From positions 219,057 to 283,056 of the forward strand of contig JAUXYJ010000103.1 of NCBI GenBank assembly GCA_030694465.1: a stretch of DNA of 64,000 nucleotides, in the 5' to 3' direction. The DNA is from Deltaproteobacteria bacterium. GTDB lineage: Bacteria; Myxococcota_A; Polyangia; Polyangiales; Ga0077539. Under the pieces are notes generated by a model that saw nothing but the letters and a program-made list of their open reading frames with translations, had not been told where the DNA came from and did no database searches. How positions within the stretch are numbered: the stretch's first letter is position 1; each line of letters starts with the position of its first letter. Both the position numbers and the translations under genes were made by a program. This document shows positions 36,604 to 46,138 of this stretch, one piece after another.

Positions 36604-37229
36604 TCTCGCGTAGGGCCTGCGCGCCCTCCGAGCGCGTCGCGGGTCAAAAGCGAGTACGCCAGCCCCACATCCACGCTCAGCAAGACCCGCCCCGCGTGCA
36701 CATCGTTCGAGGCCGTGTGAAGCCACTGATGCGAGACCTCAGCCTCAATCACGCCGCGCAAGAACCCTACGGCGACCCCGTTGCGCATCCCTACCGCGAG
36801 GTCTCCGTTGGCGCTCCCCAGCACAAACCGCGGCGACCACCGTAGCGCGATCAAACCCACGCCCACGCCTGGTGAGACCCCGAGCATCGCGAGATGCCAC
36901 GCTTGGCCCGAAGAGAGCTCCCACGCGTAGCCACCCTCCAAGAGCAGGTCAAACACCGGCTCTTGGCTCGCCAACACCAGCCTCCGTGCGCCCAGCGTGA
37001 GCTCGCCTGAGACTCCGAGCGGCCCCGCAGGTGCGAGCCACGACGCGCCCACGCTCGCACGGAGGCTCGCAAACCACTGCGCAGAGACGCGCTCTGCCGG
37101 AGTGACCGCAGGCGGGGTGACCCACACGGCCTCTGCGCGCGAGGACAAACAAAACAGCGCACAAGACGCTGCAATAACACTCACCAAAGAGCGCGACCGT
37201 GATCGCTTAGCGCTTCGCGTGTGGTCCAT
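36591..37229 (-). CDS. hypothetical secreted protein
   Basis: N-terminal signal, Gly/Ala/Leu-rich strand-like segments. Overlaps the previous gene by 13 nt. Weak call. Confidence 0.35.
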   Translation of the reverse strand: MDHTRSAKRSRSRSLVSVIAASCALFCLSSRAEAVWVTPPAVTPAERVSAQWFASLRASVGASWLAPAGPLGVSGELTLGARRLVLASQEPVFDLLLEGGYAWELSSGQAWHLAMLGVSPGVGVGLIALRWSPRFVLGSANGDLAVGMRNGVAVGFLRGVIEAEVSHQWLHTASNDVHAGRVLLSVDVGLAYSLLTRDALGGRAGPTRDHQR

Positions 37230-37240
37230 CGAGGGCTCTC

Positions 37241-38110
37241 TTATACGCGCCGTCGCTTCTGAGATCGCCTTAGCGCGTCCATCTCAGAGGGGCGCCCAAA
37301 GATCGCAGTGAGCTTGGCCCGCGCCCCCTTGAAGCACCCCACATCGATCGCGATCGCGACCCACTCGTGCACCGCGATCCACAAGGGATTGAAGCTCTTG
37401 ATCGGCGTCACGATTCCGTACGTTGGGCGCTCACTCTCGCGAACAAAGGTGCCAAACCATCGGTCCCACACGATGAAAATCCCGCCGTAGTTCTTGTCGA
37501 GATACTGCGCGTTGCGTGCGTGGTGTACGCGATGACTCGAGGGCGTGCTCATCACCGCCTCGAACCAAGGGGGCATACGCCCAACGGCCTCGGTGTGCAC
37601 CCAGTACTGGTACAACAGCGACAGCCCGATCTGAAACGTCACCCAGCTCGGAGTAAACCCTAACCAGCACAACGGCAGCCAAAAAACCCAGCCCCCCGAG
37701 AGCCAGCTCGTCCACGACTGCCTCATCGCGGTGCCAAGGTTGTAGTGCTCGGAGGAGTGATGATTGACGTGCCCCGCCCAGAAATATCGCACCTCGTGGG
37801 AGGCGCGATGAAAGCCGTAGTACGCGAGGTCTTCGAGCAGCACCAACGCCACGTAACTCTGAGCGCTCATCGTGATGTCCGAGAGGCGATGTGCGTAGAC
37901 GAAGCTCATCGCGGCATGCACAACGGGCGCGATCGCAGCGCCAACGAGCATGTTTCCGATGCCCATCGCGATCGATGATAGCCAGTCTTTTCGCTCGTAT
38001 TGTGCGACAGCGCGCGCACCCCGTGCCCGCAACCACACGGCCTCGAGAGCCATGAGCAGCGCGAAGAACGGGATCGCGTAAAACACCAAATACGGCAGCG
38101 CGTTGGCCAT
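37241..38110 (-). CDS. sterol desaturase / fatty acid hydroxylase family membrane protein
   Basis: His boxes HRASHE, HVNHHSSEH, HRVHHARN. Start MANALPYLVFYAIPFFALLM. The ORF upstream of 38110 is Arg-rich and unsupported. Confidence 0.7.
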   Translation of the reverse strand: MANALPYLVFYAIPFFALLMALEAVWLRARGARAVAQYERKDWLSSIAMGIGNMLVGAAIAPVVHAAMSFVYAHRLSDITMSAQSYVALVLLEDLAYYGFHRASHEVRYFWAGHVNHHSSEHYNLGTAMRQSWTSWLSGGWVFWLPLCWLGFTPSWVTFQIGLSLLYQYWVHTEAVGRMPPWFEAVMSTPSSHRVHHARNAQYLDKNYGGIFIVWDRWFGTFVRESERPTYGIVTPIKSFNPLWIAVHEWVAIAIDVGCFKGARAKLTAIFGRPSEMDALRRSQKRRRV

Positions 38111-38120
38111 CAGCGCGTGC

Positions 38121-40346
38121 TCAGTCGAGCTGTGTGTAGAGCGTGTAGAGCCCACCAGCGCCCGAGAGTGCGTCGACAAAAATGCGATACGTCCCAGGGT
38201 CGAGCGTGACGTCGAGCGTTGTCCGCGTGCCAAGCGTGCACGTCGAAGTCGTCGAGACCGGCGACATACCCGGGCACGCGTCATCACGGGTCACATAGAA
38301 CACATTGAGAAACGCCGTATCGAGCACCGCGGTCAGCCGGCGTCGACGGTCGAGCGTGAGCTGATAGACCGCGTCAGGACCGGTCGCGTTGGCACACGTC
38401 CCACGGTAATCGTGCGCGAGGCCCACAAGCGTCGCCCGAAAGAGCGCGCGGTCCGCGGTGATCGTCCGCGCGGTGGCGCAGGTGTCATTTCCGGTGGGCG
38501 TGGTCACTGGGACCAGGTCGTAGGTGCGTAGCGTGACCTGCACATCTGCAGGCCGAAGCGTCTTGAGCGTCACGAAGTAAGTCCCAGGATCGAGCGCGAG
38601 CGCGATCAACCGCGTCGTGTTCGAGTTGGTCGTGCAGAGCCGCTCATTGCCGCGCTCAACGGGACAGACACTGTGCAGCGCGAGGCCGATAAAATCTGAG
38701 CTCGCGCCTGCCGCGGTCAAGATCACGTCGCGTCGATCGGTGAGCGTAAACTGCATCACCGCGTCACGACCGCTTGAGATGCAGGTCGGTCGATAGTCGT
38801 TCTCGAGCGCGCCGGTCGAGACCATCAGCGGCGCGGTCTCGGTCAGGGTGAGCGGGGATGCGCACGTGTCACCCGTGGGCGGAGGGGTCGGATCCGAGAA
38901 GTTCACCGAGAGGGTAAAGAGCAACGGATCAAAGGCCTCGACGGCCACGTAATAGCGCCCCGCGGGCAGCGAATAGCTTCGCATCTGGATGCTCGAGCCC
39001 GTCTCACACCGGAGCGTCACCGGTGTCCGCTCACAGCTCGACAAGAGCGAGAGCACGAGGTTGTCGGTGCGCGCACCCGCGAGCGAGAGCGAGACGTTCT
39101 GCGGGCTCGTGAGCTCAAAAGTGTAGAACGCGTCGTTGGCAGAGCCGCCGCAGCGGGTCGAGGCATCGTCGCGTAACCCAATGAGATCACTACGAAATGT
39201 GCCTCCCATGGGGACCGGAATCTCCGTCGCCATCGCGCACACATCGTTGGCCGGCTGCGGCGTGGCAGGCGTGAGCTGCACGCTGAGATCCACCACACCG
39301 CGAACGCTCGTCGCCACGATGATGAAGTAGTCCCCTGCCGGCAATGAGTGCCTCCGCACATTCGCCGGAAACCCCGAGTCGCACTCAAGCGTGTTGCTCG
39401 GGTCCGTGCCGCCACACATGCTCTGCACCGCCACCGAGGTCACTCCCGTCGGCGAGCTCACCGAGATCGCGATGTCCCGGGGCTCCGTCAGTCGCAAGCG
39501 CGCCACACCGTCACGCATCAAGCGTCCGCCACAAGGCAGCGGGTAGTCCGCCGGAGACGCCGACAGGTCCATCGTAAAGATCCCCCCACGCGAGACATCG
39601 AGCGGATCGTCACAGCGGTCGTTCGGTGCGCGGCGACAACCTCCCGGCTCCATCGCGTCGATCGCGCCGTTGCAGTTATTGTCGATCCCGTCGTCGCAGA
39701 TTTCGGGCAGCGTCGATGCGACCCGTGGGTTGCTGTCGTCGCAATCGCGACCCACCCAACACACCAGCATCCCGCTGTCGTTGATCCCCGCCTCTGCGCC
39801 GCTGTCGCCGCATGTGCGGTCATAACAGTGGTCGTCTGGGTCGCCGTCGCCGTCGCGATCAAGTGGGCGTGAGATGCACGTGCGGGTCATCTCGTCGCAG
39901 CGATCCGACGTGCAAACTTCCCCGTCGTTGCAGTTGATGGGCTCTCCGCGGATGCATCCTCGGCGGCTGTCACACACCTCTTGGCCGTTGCAATAGACGC
40001 GGTCGTCGCACATGTCGGCGTTGGGGAGGTTTTCGCAGCGACCGTTCGCGGCACAGACGTCGGTTGTGCACTCGATCCCGTCGTCGCACATGGACGAGCG
40101 TGTGCACGCGCGACCGAGCGTCGCGGTGTCTTCTCGAGGCTCTTCGACCGTGTCGATCACCACCGCGTCGATCCCGGTCGCGTCCAGCGCGCTCGCGTCT
40201 TCGCCCGCGTCCTCACCAATGCGCGGTGGGGGCGAGCACGCGAGAAGCAAACAGACCAACGAAGAACAGAGCGCCAGCCATAACGGCGAGAGCCGACCAA
40301 GACGACAAAGAGCGGCTTCGGAGATGGGCAAAGGATCCTCCTGCAT
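38121..40346 (-). CDS. lipoprotein with Myxococcus-type Cys-rich repeat, MopE-like Cys/Asp metal-binding motifs and four PPC-like domains
   Basis: Start MQEDPLPISEAALCRLGRLSPLWLALCSSLVCLLLAC. CDDGIECTTDVCAANGRCENLP..CDDRVYCNGQEVCD..CNDGEVCTSDRCD, then DRDGDGDPDDHCY and CDDGIDNNCNG, then four repeats of DAFYTF....G.Y.V.V..........L.V type. Confidence 0.75.
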   Translation of the reverse strand: MQEDPLPISEAALCRLGRLSPLWLALCSSLVCLLLACSPPPRIGEDAGEDASALDATGIDAVVIDTVEEPREDTATLGRACTRSSMCDDGIECTTDVCAANGRCENLPNADMCDDRVYCNGQEVCDSRRGCIRGEPINCNDGEVCTSDRCDEMTRTCISRPLDRDGDGDPDDHCYDRTCGDSGAEAGINDSGMLVCWVGRDCDDSNPRVASTLPEICDDGIDNNCNGAIDAMEPGGCRRAPNDRCDDPLDVSRGGIFTMDLSASPADYPLPCGGRLMRDGVARLRLTEPRDIAISVSSPTGVTSVAVQSMCGGTDPSNTLECDSGFPANVRRHSLPAGDYFIIVATSVRGVVDLSVQLTPATPQPANDVCAMATEIPVPMGGTFRSDLIGLRDDASTRCGGSANDAFYTFELTSPQNVSLSLAGARTDNLVLSLLSSCERTPVTLRCETGSSIQMRSYSLPAGRYYVAVEAFDPLLFTLSVNFSDPTPPPTGDTCASPLTLTETAPLMVSTGALENDYRPTCISSGRDAVMQFTLTDRRDVILTAAGASSDFIGLALHSVCPVERGNERLCTTNSNTTRLIALALDPGTYFVTLKTLRPADVQVTLRTYDLVPVTTPTGNDTCATARTITADRALFRATLVGLAHDYRGTCANATGPDAVYQLTLDRRRRLTAVLDTAFLNVFYVTRDDACPGMSPVSTTSTCTLGTRTTLDVTLDPGTYRIFVDALSGAGGLYTLYTQLD

Positions 40347-40488
40347 CCACAACGGACGCGACTGTGACGCTGTGCAGTATGGCAGATGCGCCGCAGGCCG
40401 CGCGAGTCTATCGATCTGGACGAATGGGCCCGCGGGACACAAACGGGCGCCGCAGAGCCCACAGGTTGGTGATAGAAAGTCCGTCGCT

Positions 40489-41910
40489 ATGGATCACCAA
40501 AGACGCGCAAAAATCGTGTGCACGATCGGCCCAGCATCGTGCACGAGCCAGCAGCTCGATCAGCTGATGGACGCCGGCATGGACGTCGCGCGACTCAATT
40601 TTTCTCACGGAACCCACGAAGACCATCGCCTCGCCATCGAGGCCATCCGCGCGGTCAGCGAGCGGCGCCGCAAGGCAATCGCGATCCTCGGGGACCTCTG
40701 TGGACCGAAGATTCGCCTGGGAAAACTCGGGACTCCCTCACGGGTGATCCCGGTGGGCGCCGTCGTCGAGCTCTTCTCGGGAACACAGACCGACGACGAG
40801 CGGCTCCCAGTGCGCTACGCGACACTCGAGACCGACGTCAAGCCCGGCGATCACATCCACATCGATGACGCCCGCGTCCGGCTTCGCGTAGAGAATGTCC
40901 AAGACAAATCGGTCTTTTGCGTGGTCGAAGAGGCAGGACAGATCCGTGACAATGTCGGGGTCCATCTCCCGTCTGGCGAGCTGCAGATCTCGGCCCTCAC
41001 CGAAAAAGACAAGCAAGACCTGATGTTCTGCCTGTCCAACGGCGTGGACTACATCGCCGTGAGCTTCGTTCGATCGCCCGATGATGTGCGATTTGTGCGA
41101 GATATCTGCGAAGCGTGGGGCGCGGTGCTGCCCATTGTCTCTAAAATCGAGACGCCCCAAGCCATCGAGCGACTCGAAGAGATCGTGCGCGTGAGCGACG
41201 CGGTGATGGTCGCGCGCGGGGACCTGGGCGTGGAGTTTCCGCCCGAACATGTGCCAGTGCTGCAGCGCAAAGTGATCGCCGAGGCCGCACGATTTAGGCG
41301 CCCAGTGATCGTCGCGACCGAGATGCTTCAGTCCATGGTCAAGAGCTCACGCCCCACACGCGCCGAAGCGAGCGACGTCGCACACGCGATCTTCGACGGC
41401 GCCGACGCCACCATGCTCTCGCAAGAGAGCGCGTCTGGAGACCACCCCGCGCTGGCCGTCTCCATGATGGCTCGGATCGTACATACCGCTGAAAATTCAC
41501 CCTATTATGCGCGGCGCTCGATCGCCCCCGCGCAGTCCCCGGTCGCGTTTGGTGACGCGATGGCCAAGGTCGCCGTCCAGGCCGCTCACGACGTCGGCGC
41601 CAAGGTGATCGCAGTGTTTACACAGAGCGGAGACAGCGCGCGCTTGGTCTCGATGGAGCGCCCCTCGATGCCCATCGTAGCGTTCTCGCCCAGCGAAGGG
41701 ATCCGACGACGACTGGGCCTCAACTGGGGGATCACCGCGCGCGTGATGCTCGCCGTGCGAGACACCGACGAGATGGTCGAGCAGGTCCAGCGACGCCTGC
41801 TCTCTGAAGGCTTCGTTCAGCCTGGCGATCGCATCGTGGTGGTCTTTGGTGCCCCCGTGAGCGTCAAGGGCCGTACAAACTCCATCCGAGTCCACACGGT
41901 CGGTCCGTGA
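40489..41910 (+). CDS. pyk: pyruvate kinase
   Basis: KIVCTIGPAS, RLNFSHG, DLCGPKIRLG, MVARGDLG. 473 aa from ATG 40489. Confidence 0.9.
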   Translation: MDHQRRAKIVCTIGPASCTSQQLDQLMDAGMDVARLNFSHGTHEDHRLAIEAIRAVSERRRKAIAILGDLCGPKIRLGKLGTPSRVIPVGAVVELFSGTQTDDERLPVRYATLETDVKPGDHIHIDDARVRLRVENVQDKSVFCVVEEAGQIRDNVGVHLPSGELQISALTEKDKQDLMFCLSNGVDYIAVSFVRSPDDVRFVRDICEAWGAVLPIVSKIETPQAIERLEEIVRVSDAVMVARGDLGVEFPPEHVPVLQRKVIAEAARFRRPVIVATEMLQSMVKSSRPTRAEASDVAHAIFDGADATMLSQESASGDHPALAVSMMARIVHTAENSPYYARRSIAPAQSPVAFGDAMAKVAVQAAHDVGAKVIAVFTQSGDSARLVSMERPSMPIVAFSPSEGIRRRLGLNWGITARVMLAVRDTDEMVEQVQRRLLSEGFVQPGDRIVVVFGAPVSVKGRTNSIRVHTVGP

Positions 41911-44255
41911 AAGAGCTCGCGATCGACGGCAACCGGATCGCTGAAGAGCTCCCCTGTGCGCTGGTCGCGTTGGACGCAGCCGGCACAGTGATCCATCGCA
42001 ACGCGCTCGCCGTTGCGCTACTCGGCGAGTGCAAAGAATCGTGCATTTTTGCAGCGCGTTTTCTCGAACTCGATCAGCCGCTCATCACGCAAGCCCTCGC
42101 AGAGCCCGCCGCGAGCGCCATCGAAGACGCGCACTTGGTGTGCGACGACGGAGCGCTCGTCACGATCTCGCTCAACATCGGGCCGCGCAGCGCGGACCCC
42201 GAAGCACCGCGCTTTGTCTTTATGTTTAACGCGAGCGAGCGCGTCGCGCGTGAGCGCGAATACGAACAGCGCGCCACGATGTTCGCGTTTGCCGCAGAGC
42301 TGTCCGAGACGCTCTCGCACGAGATTGACTCCGAGCAGGGCTTCGACCGCATCGCGGCGCTCTTGCGCGAGTACTTATCGCTCACCGGGTTTGCCCTGGC
42401 TCGCTCAAGCAGCGACGGCTCACCCCGCGCGCTCGTCGGTGCCTGGGGGCTAACGACGAGCACCCTCACGCGATGGCTCGCACAACAGCTAAACAACGAT
42501 TTTGAAGCGACAACGCGAGAACTCAGCGCGCTCGCAGAGCAGACCCATCCGCAGAGCACAGTGCGCTTGTTTGCGCTCTCGGTCAGCCACGAGCCCGTCG
42601 GACAAGCGCTCTTCGTCGCAGACAAAAACACCGACGCTCACTCGCTCGCCCTGATGGAGCTCGCGGTCCGCGCACTCTCCATGGCGCTCAAGTCGTCAAG
42701 CGCACTGAGCGCGCAACGGACCGCCGATGCCGAGCGCACACTGCTGCTCGATGCGATCCCGACGTGGGTCTTTCGCGTGGACGCCGAGACCACACAGACG
42801 CTGTATGTCAACGGCGCGGTCCTTCGTGGACTTCAGCTCCACGAAGGACGGATGACCCCGTCGTTGCTCGACCATTTCGCTTCAGACGACGACCGCGAAG
42901 ACTTTCGCAATGCCTGCAAAATCGCTCTTGAAATGGGATCTAGCCCCTGGAGCGATCGACGGTTTATCACGGGCGATCGGCGCATACTTACGCTGCGCAC
43001 GAGGCTCTATCGCCTCGTCGGCGCCCGCGGTGAAGGCCCCGTGATCGAAGGCATCGCAGACGACGTGACCGAAGAGCTCGAGACTCGCAAACAGCTCGTG
43101 CACACCGATCGCCTCGCGTCGCTTGGCACCCTCGCCGCGGGCGTCGCTCACGAGATCAACAACCCCTCGACGTTTATCCTGCTAGGAACCCAGCAGCTCT
43201 CACGGCTGCTCGCTCAGACCCAGGCCCAATCGCGAGAGTCCACGCCTGCCCTCGACACGCTCAACGCGCGCATGACCGAGATCGTGGCCGACCTGAGCGA
43301 AGGGGTGCAACGGATCACGCAAATCGTAGGCGAATTGCGGCTCTTTGCGAGAATCCCTGAGGACGCCGTGTCCACTCCTGTCGACCTCAATCGGCTGATT
43401 CGTTCTGCACTTACGCTCACGCAGGCCGAGCTTCGGCAGCACGCCAACGTGCAGATTGAGCTGGGCTCGCTCCCGCCTCTGCCTGGGAGCTACACGAGGC
43501 TCGGCCAGGTCTTCGTGAATCTCTTGATCAACGCAGCGCAGGCCTTCCCACACGGCCGCAACGAGAACAACTCCGTCACCGTCAAGACCTGGGCGACCGA
43601 CGACTCGGTGTTTGTCTCGGTGGCCGACACAGGCGAAGGGATTGCACCAGAGAATCTCTCGAGAATTTACGATCCATTCTTCACGACCAAGGCTCCGGGC
43701 GAGGGCACTGGGCTGGGTCTCTCGATCTCGGTGGACCTGATCAAGCGCGTGGGCGGCACCCTCCACGCCGAGAGCACCGTGGGCGTCGGGACCACGTTCA
43801 CCATGCAGCTGCCCATTCGCACGCCCACGCCCACAAGCGCTCCCCCGCCACGCTCTTCGTCCGTGGTCCCGCGAGGCACCCGCGTGCTCGTCGTCGAAGA
43901 CGAACAACCCCTCGCCGTCGCGCTCTCTCGCGCGCTCTCCTCGCGCTTTGTCGTCGAGCACGCCGCGGATGGAGTGCTCGCCCTTGAGAAGCTCGTGGCA
44001 GCGCAAAGCGTCTTCTACGACGTCGTGCTCTGTGACCTGCGAATTCCCGGCATCGATGGGCTCGCGCTCTATGAATCAGTCCTCGCTTCGCACCCCCAAC
44101 AAGCCCACCGCTTTGTGTTCTTGAGCGGCGCATCCTCGGTCGAGCGCCCCACAAACCTCGAGGCCACCGGGCGCCCCATCCTCGAGAAGCCCTTTCACAA
44201 CGAAGACCTCGATGAAGTCCTCACGCTCGTGCTGCAACGAGCGAAGAGTGCATGA
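41907..44255 (+). CDS. hybrid sensor histidine kinase/response regulator
   Basis: N-terminal PAS/GAF-like sensory region, H-box HEINNP, G-boxes DTGEGI and GLGLSIS, C-terminal receiver VLVVEDE...LCDLRIPGIDG. The GTG start overlaps the pyk stop (GTGA). Confidence 0.85.
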   Translation: MKELAIDGNRIAEELPCALVALDAAGTVIHRNALAVALLGECKESCIFAARFLELDQPLITQALAEPAASAIEDAHLVCDDGALVTISLNIGPRSADPEAPRFVFMFNASERVAREREYEQRATMFAFAAELSETLSHEIDSEQGFDRIAALLREYLSLTGFALARSSSDGSPRALVGAWGLTTSTLTRWLAQQLNNDFEATTRELSALAEQTHPQSTVRLFALSVSHEPVGQALFVADKNTDAHSLALMELAVRALSMALKSSSALSAQRTADAERTLLLDAIPTWVFRVDAETTQTLYVNGAVLRGLQLHEGRMTPSLLDHFASDDDREDFRNACKIALEMGSSPWSDRRFITGDRRILTLRTRLYRLVGARGEGPVIEGIADDVTEELETRKQLVHTDRLASLGTLAAGVAHEINNPSTFILLGTQQLSRLLAQTQAQSRESTPALDTLNARMTEIVADLSEGVQRITQIVGELRLFARIPEDAVSTPVDLNRLIRSALTLTQAELRQHANVQIELGSLPPLPGSYTRLGQVFVNLLINAAQAFPHGRNENNSVTVKTWATDDSVFVSVADTGEGIAPENLSRIYDPFFTTKAPGEGTGLGLSISVDLIKRVGGTLHAESTVGVGTTFTMQLPIRTPTPTSAPPPRSSSVVPRGTRVLVVEDEQPLAVALSRALSSRFVVEHAADGVLALEKLVAAQSVFYDVVLCDLRIPGIDGLALYESVLASHPQQAHRFVFLSGASSVERPTNLEATGRPILEKPFHNEDLDEVLTLVLQRAKSA

Positions 44256-44327
44256 CATGTAAGTCTAATTCTATCGGACAATTTGCAGTAGTTTACTGTG
44301 TCCGCACGCTATGCTCCTCGCAGACCT

Positions 44328-45458
44328 ATGAGCATCGACCACCCCGCACCGAGTGAGCGCTTCGACGTCAGCGTACAGAAGGCGCTCACCGTGGCGACGC
44401 CGCTGCGCATGATGGCCGCGCGAGGGATGGCGCCCATGCCCCCCGCGACGCTCGTCTCGGTGATCTATCTCAGCCAGTACGACAGCAACCCCAACCTCGC
44501 CTCGGCCGCCAAGGCGACGTTTGCTGCGCTCGCCACACCGATTCTCGACGGCGCCCTCGCCAACGAGGACCTCAACGCGGCGGTGTTAGACGCGCTCGCG
44601 ACGGCCTACAAAGGCAACGACACGATCTTGCAGCGCATCGTGCGACACAAGGCCACAGACGCCAGCACGGTGACCGCCATCGCGACCCACGCCAACGACG
44701 CGCTCTGTGAGTTTATCGCGGTCGACGAGCAGCGCTTGATCGCCAACAAAGCGGTCATCGAGGCGCTCTACTACAACGAGCACCTGCGCATGAGCACCGC
44801 AGATCGGCTCTGTGAACTCGCAGCGCGACACGGGCTCAGTCTTGACATCCCGGGCTTCGAAGAGATCGTGGCGTCGCTGCAAAATCAGCTGATTTTTATG
44901 CCTGGCGAAGAGAGCCCCGCGGACCATATTTTTCGCGAGGCGATCGCAGAAGCGTCGACCATCGAAGAGACCGAAGACGGCGACCTCTTCGAGCGCGACG
45001 AAGACGGAAACGCTAAGCAAATGAAGCCCGAAATCGAGAAGGTCGCCAAGCGTCTCCAAGACATGACCATCTCCGAGCGCATCCGTACGGCCATGCTCGG
45101 GAGCGCGTCACAGCGCCGCGTGTTGGCGTGCTCTCCGATGCGCGTAATCGCCGAAGCCGCGGTCAAATCACCTCGGATGCAGGCCGAAGAAGTGATGAAA
45201 CTCGCCATGATCCCCGAGGCACACGAAGAGGTCCTGCGGGGGATCGCGCGACGTGGTGACTGGCTCAAGAGCACACGCATCCGGTTCTATCTCGCGCGCA
45301 ACCCCAAGTGCCCCGCCGCGGTCGCGATCGCGCAGCTAAACTACGTGACCGAGTTTGACCTGAAGACCCTCGTACGCAGCCGAACGGTGCCCTTTAACGT
45401 GCGCAACGTCGCGAAGCAATTGCTGGATAAACGCACGCAAAATCGCGGCGGCGGCTAA
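44328..45458 (+). CDS. hypothetical alpha-helical cytoplasmic protein
   Basis: 377-aa ORF after the hybrid kinase with helical-repeat-like composition. Start at 44328 or 44298. Confidence 0.5.
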   Translation: MSIDHPAPSERFDVSVQKALTVATPLRMMAARGMAPMPPATLVSVIYLSQYDSNPNLASAAKATFAALATPILDGALANEDLNAAVLDALATAYKGNDTILQRIVRHKATDASTVTAIATHANDALCEFIAVDEQRLIANKAVIEALYYNEHLRMSTADRLCELAARHGLSLDIPGFEEIVASLQNQLIFMPGEESPADHIFREAIAEASTIEETEDGDLFERDEDGNAKQMKPEIEKVAKRLQDMTISERIRTAMLGSASQRRVLACSPMRVIAEAAVKSPRMQAEEVMKLAMIPEAHEEVLRGIARRGDWLKSTRIRFYLARNPKCPAAVAIAQLNYVTEFDLKTLVRSRTVPFNVRNVAKQLLDKRTQNRGGG

Positions 45459-46138
45459 GCCCCTCTGCGCAGCCACCACGCCAACGCGAGCACCGCCCCC
45501 CCAGCGCACGCGGCCAAGGCAGCGAGCCACAGCGCGAGCAGAGGCCCCCAGGCTTCGCGCACCACCACGCGCCACCAAGAGAGCGCACACACCAACATCG
45601 GCGCGTCGTCCGCGTGTCTGCTCAGCACACCCTCGACCACCACGCCGCGAACCAAGACCTGTGCGCCCTCGGTGATCGCGGCCTCTTCGAGCTCGAAGAA
45701 GGTCCCGCTCGGTGGCCGCTTGGCATAGCCCGATCGCGACAATATCCGCGAAATCACAGGAGAATCGTGCTCGATCACCTTCTCGGTTCCGCGCCGCCAC
45801 AGGACCGACGTGAGCACCTGCACGTGGTCCCACACGATGGGCACCGTCCCGTGTGCACATCGCAAGACCGCTGGGGTATGCAAGGTCTTTCCCCAGAGCT
45901 CACGTGCCTCTCCACCGCCCGGAGGAGGCCCCAAGACCCGCGCGTGCACCCACACACTCGGCCGCGACGAAAAGGGCGCCTGCACGGGCTCTTCGCGCGC
46001 CACGAGCGTGCCAACAACCACCCCGCGCCGAAGCACCACCCAGCCCACCGCGCGCCACAACGCCACGCTCGCGCGCCAAGCGAGCATGCACGCGAGGACC
46101 AAGCACAAGAGCGCGACCGAAAGACCCAAGAGAATCAC
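45455..46138 (-). CDS. hypothetical two-TM protein (N-terminal and C-terminal TM helices bracketing a ~170-aa domain)
   Basis: GTG at 46138 overlaps the stop of the upstream paralog-like gene (GTGA). The 70 aa upstream in the track ORF are an out-of-frame read of that gene's TM region. Confidence 0.45.
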   Translation of the reverse strand: MILLGLSVALLCLVLACMLAWRASVALWRAVGWVVLRRGVVVGTLVAREEPVQAPFSSRPSVWVHARVLGPPPGGGEARELWGKTLHTPAVLRCAHGTVPIVWDHVQVLTSVLWRRGTEKVIEHDSPVISRILSRSGYAKRPPSGTFFELEEAAITEGAQVLVRGVVVEGVLSRHADDAPMLVCALSWWRVVVREAWGPLLALWLAALAACAGGAVLALAWWLRRGA

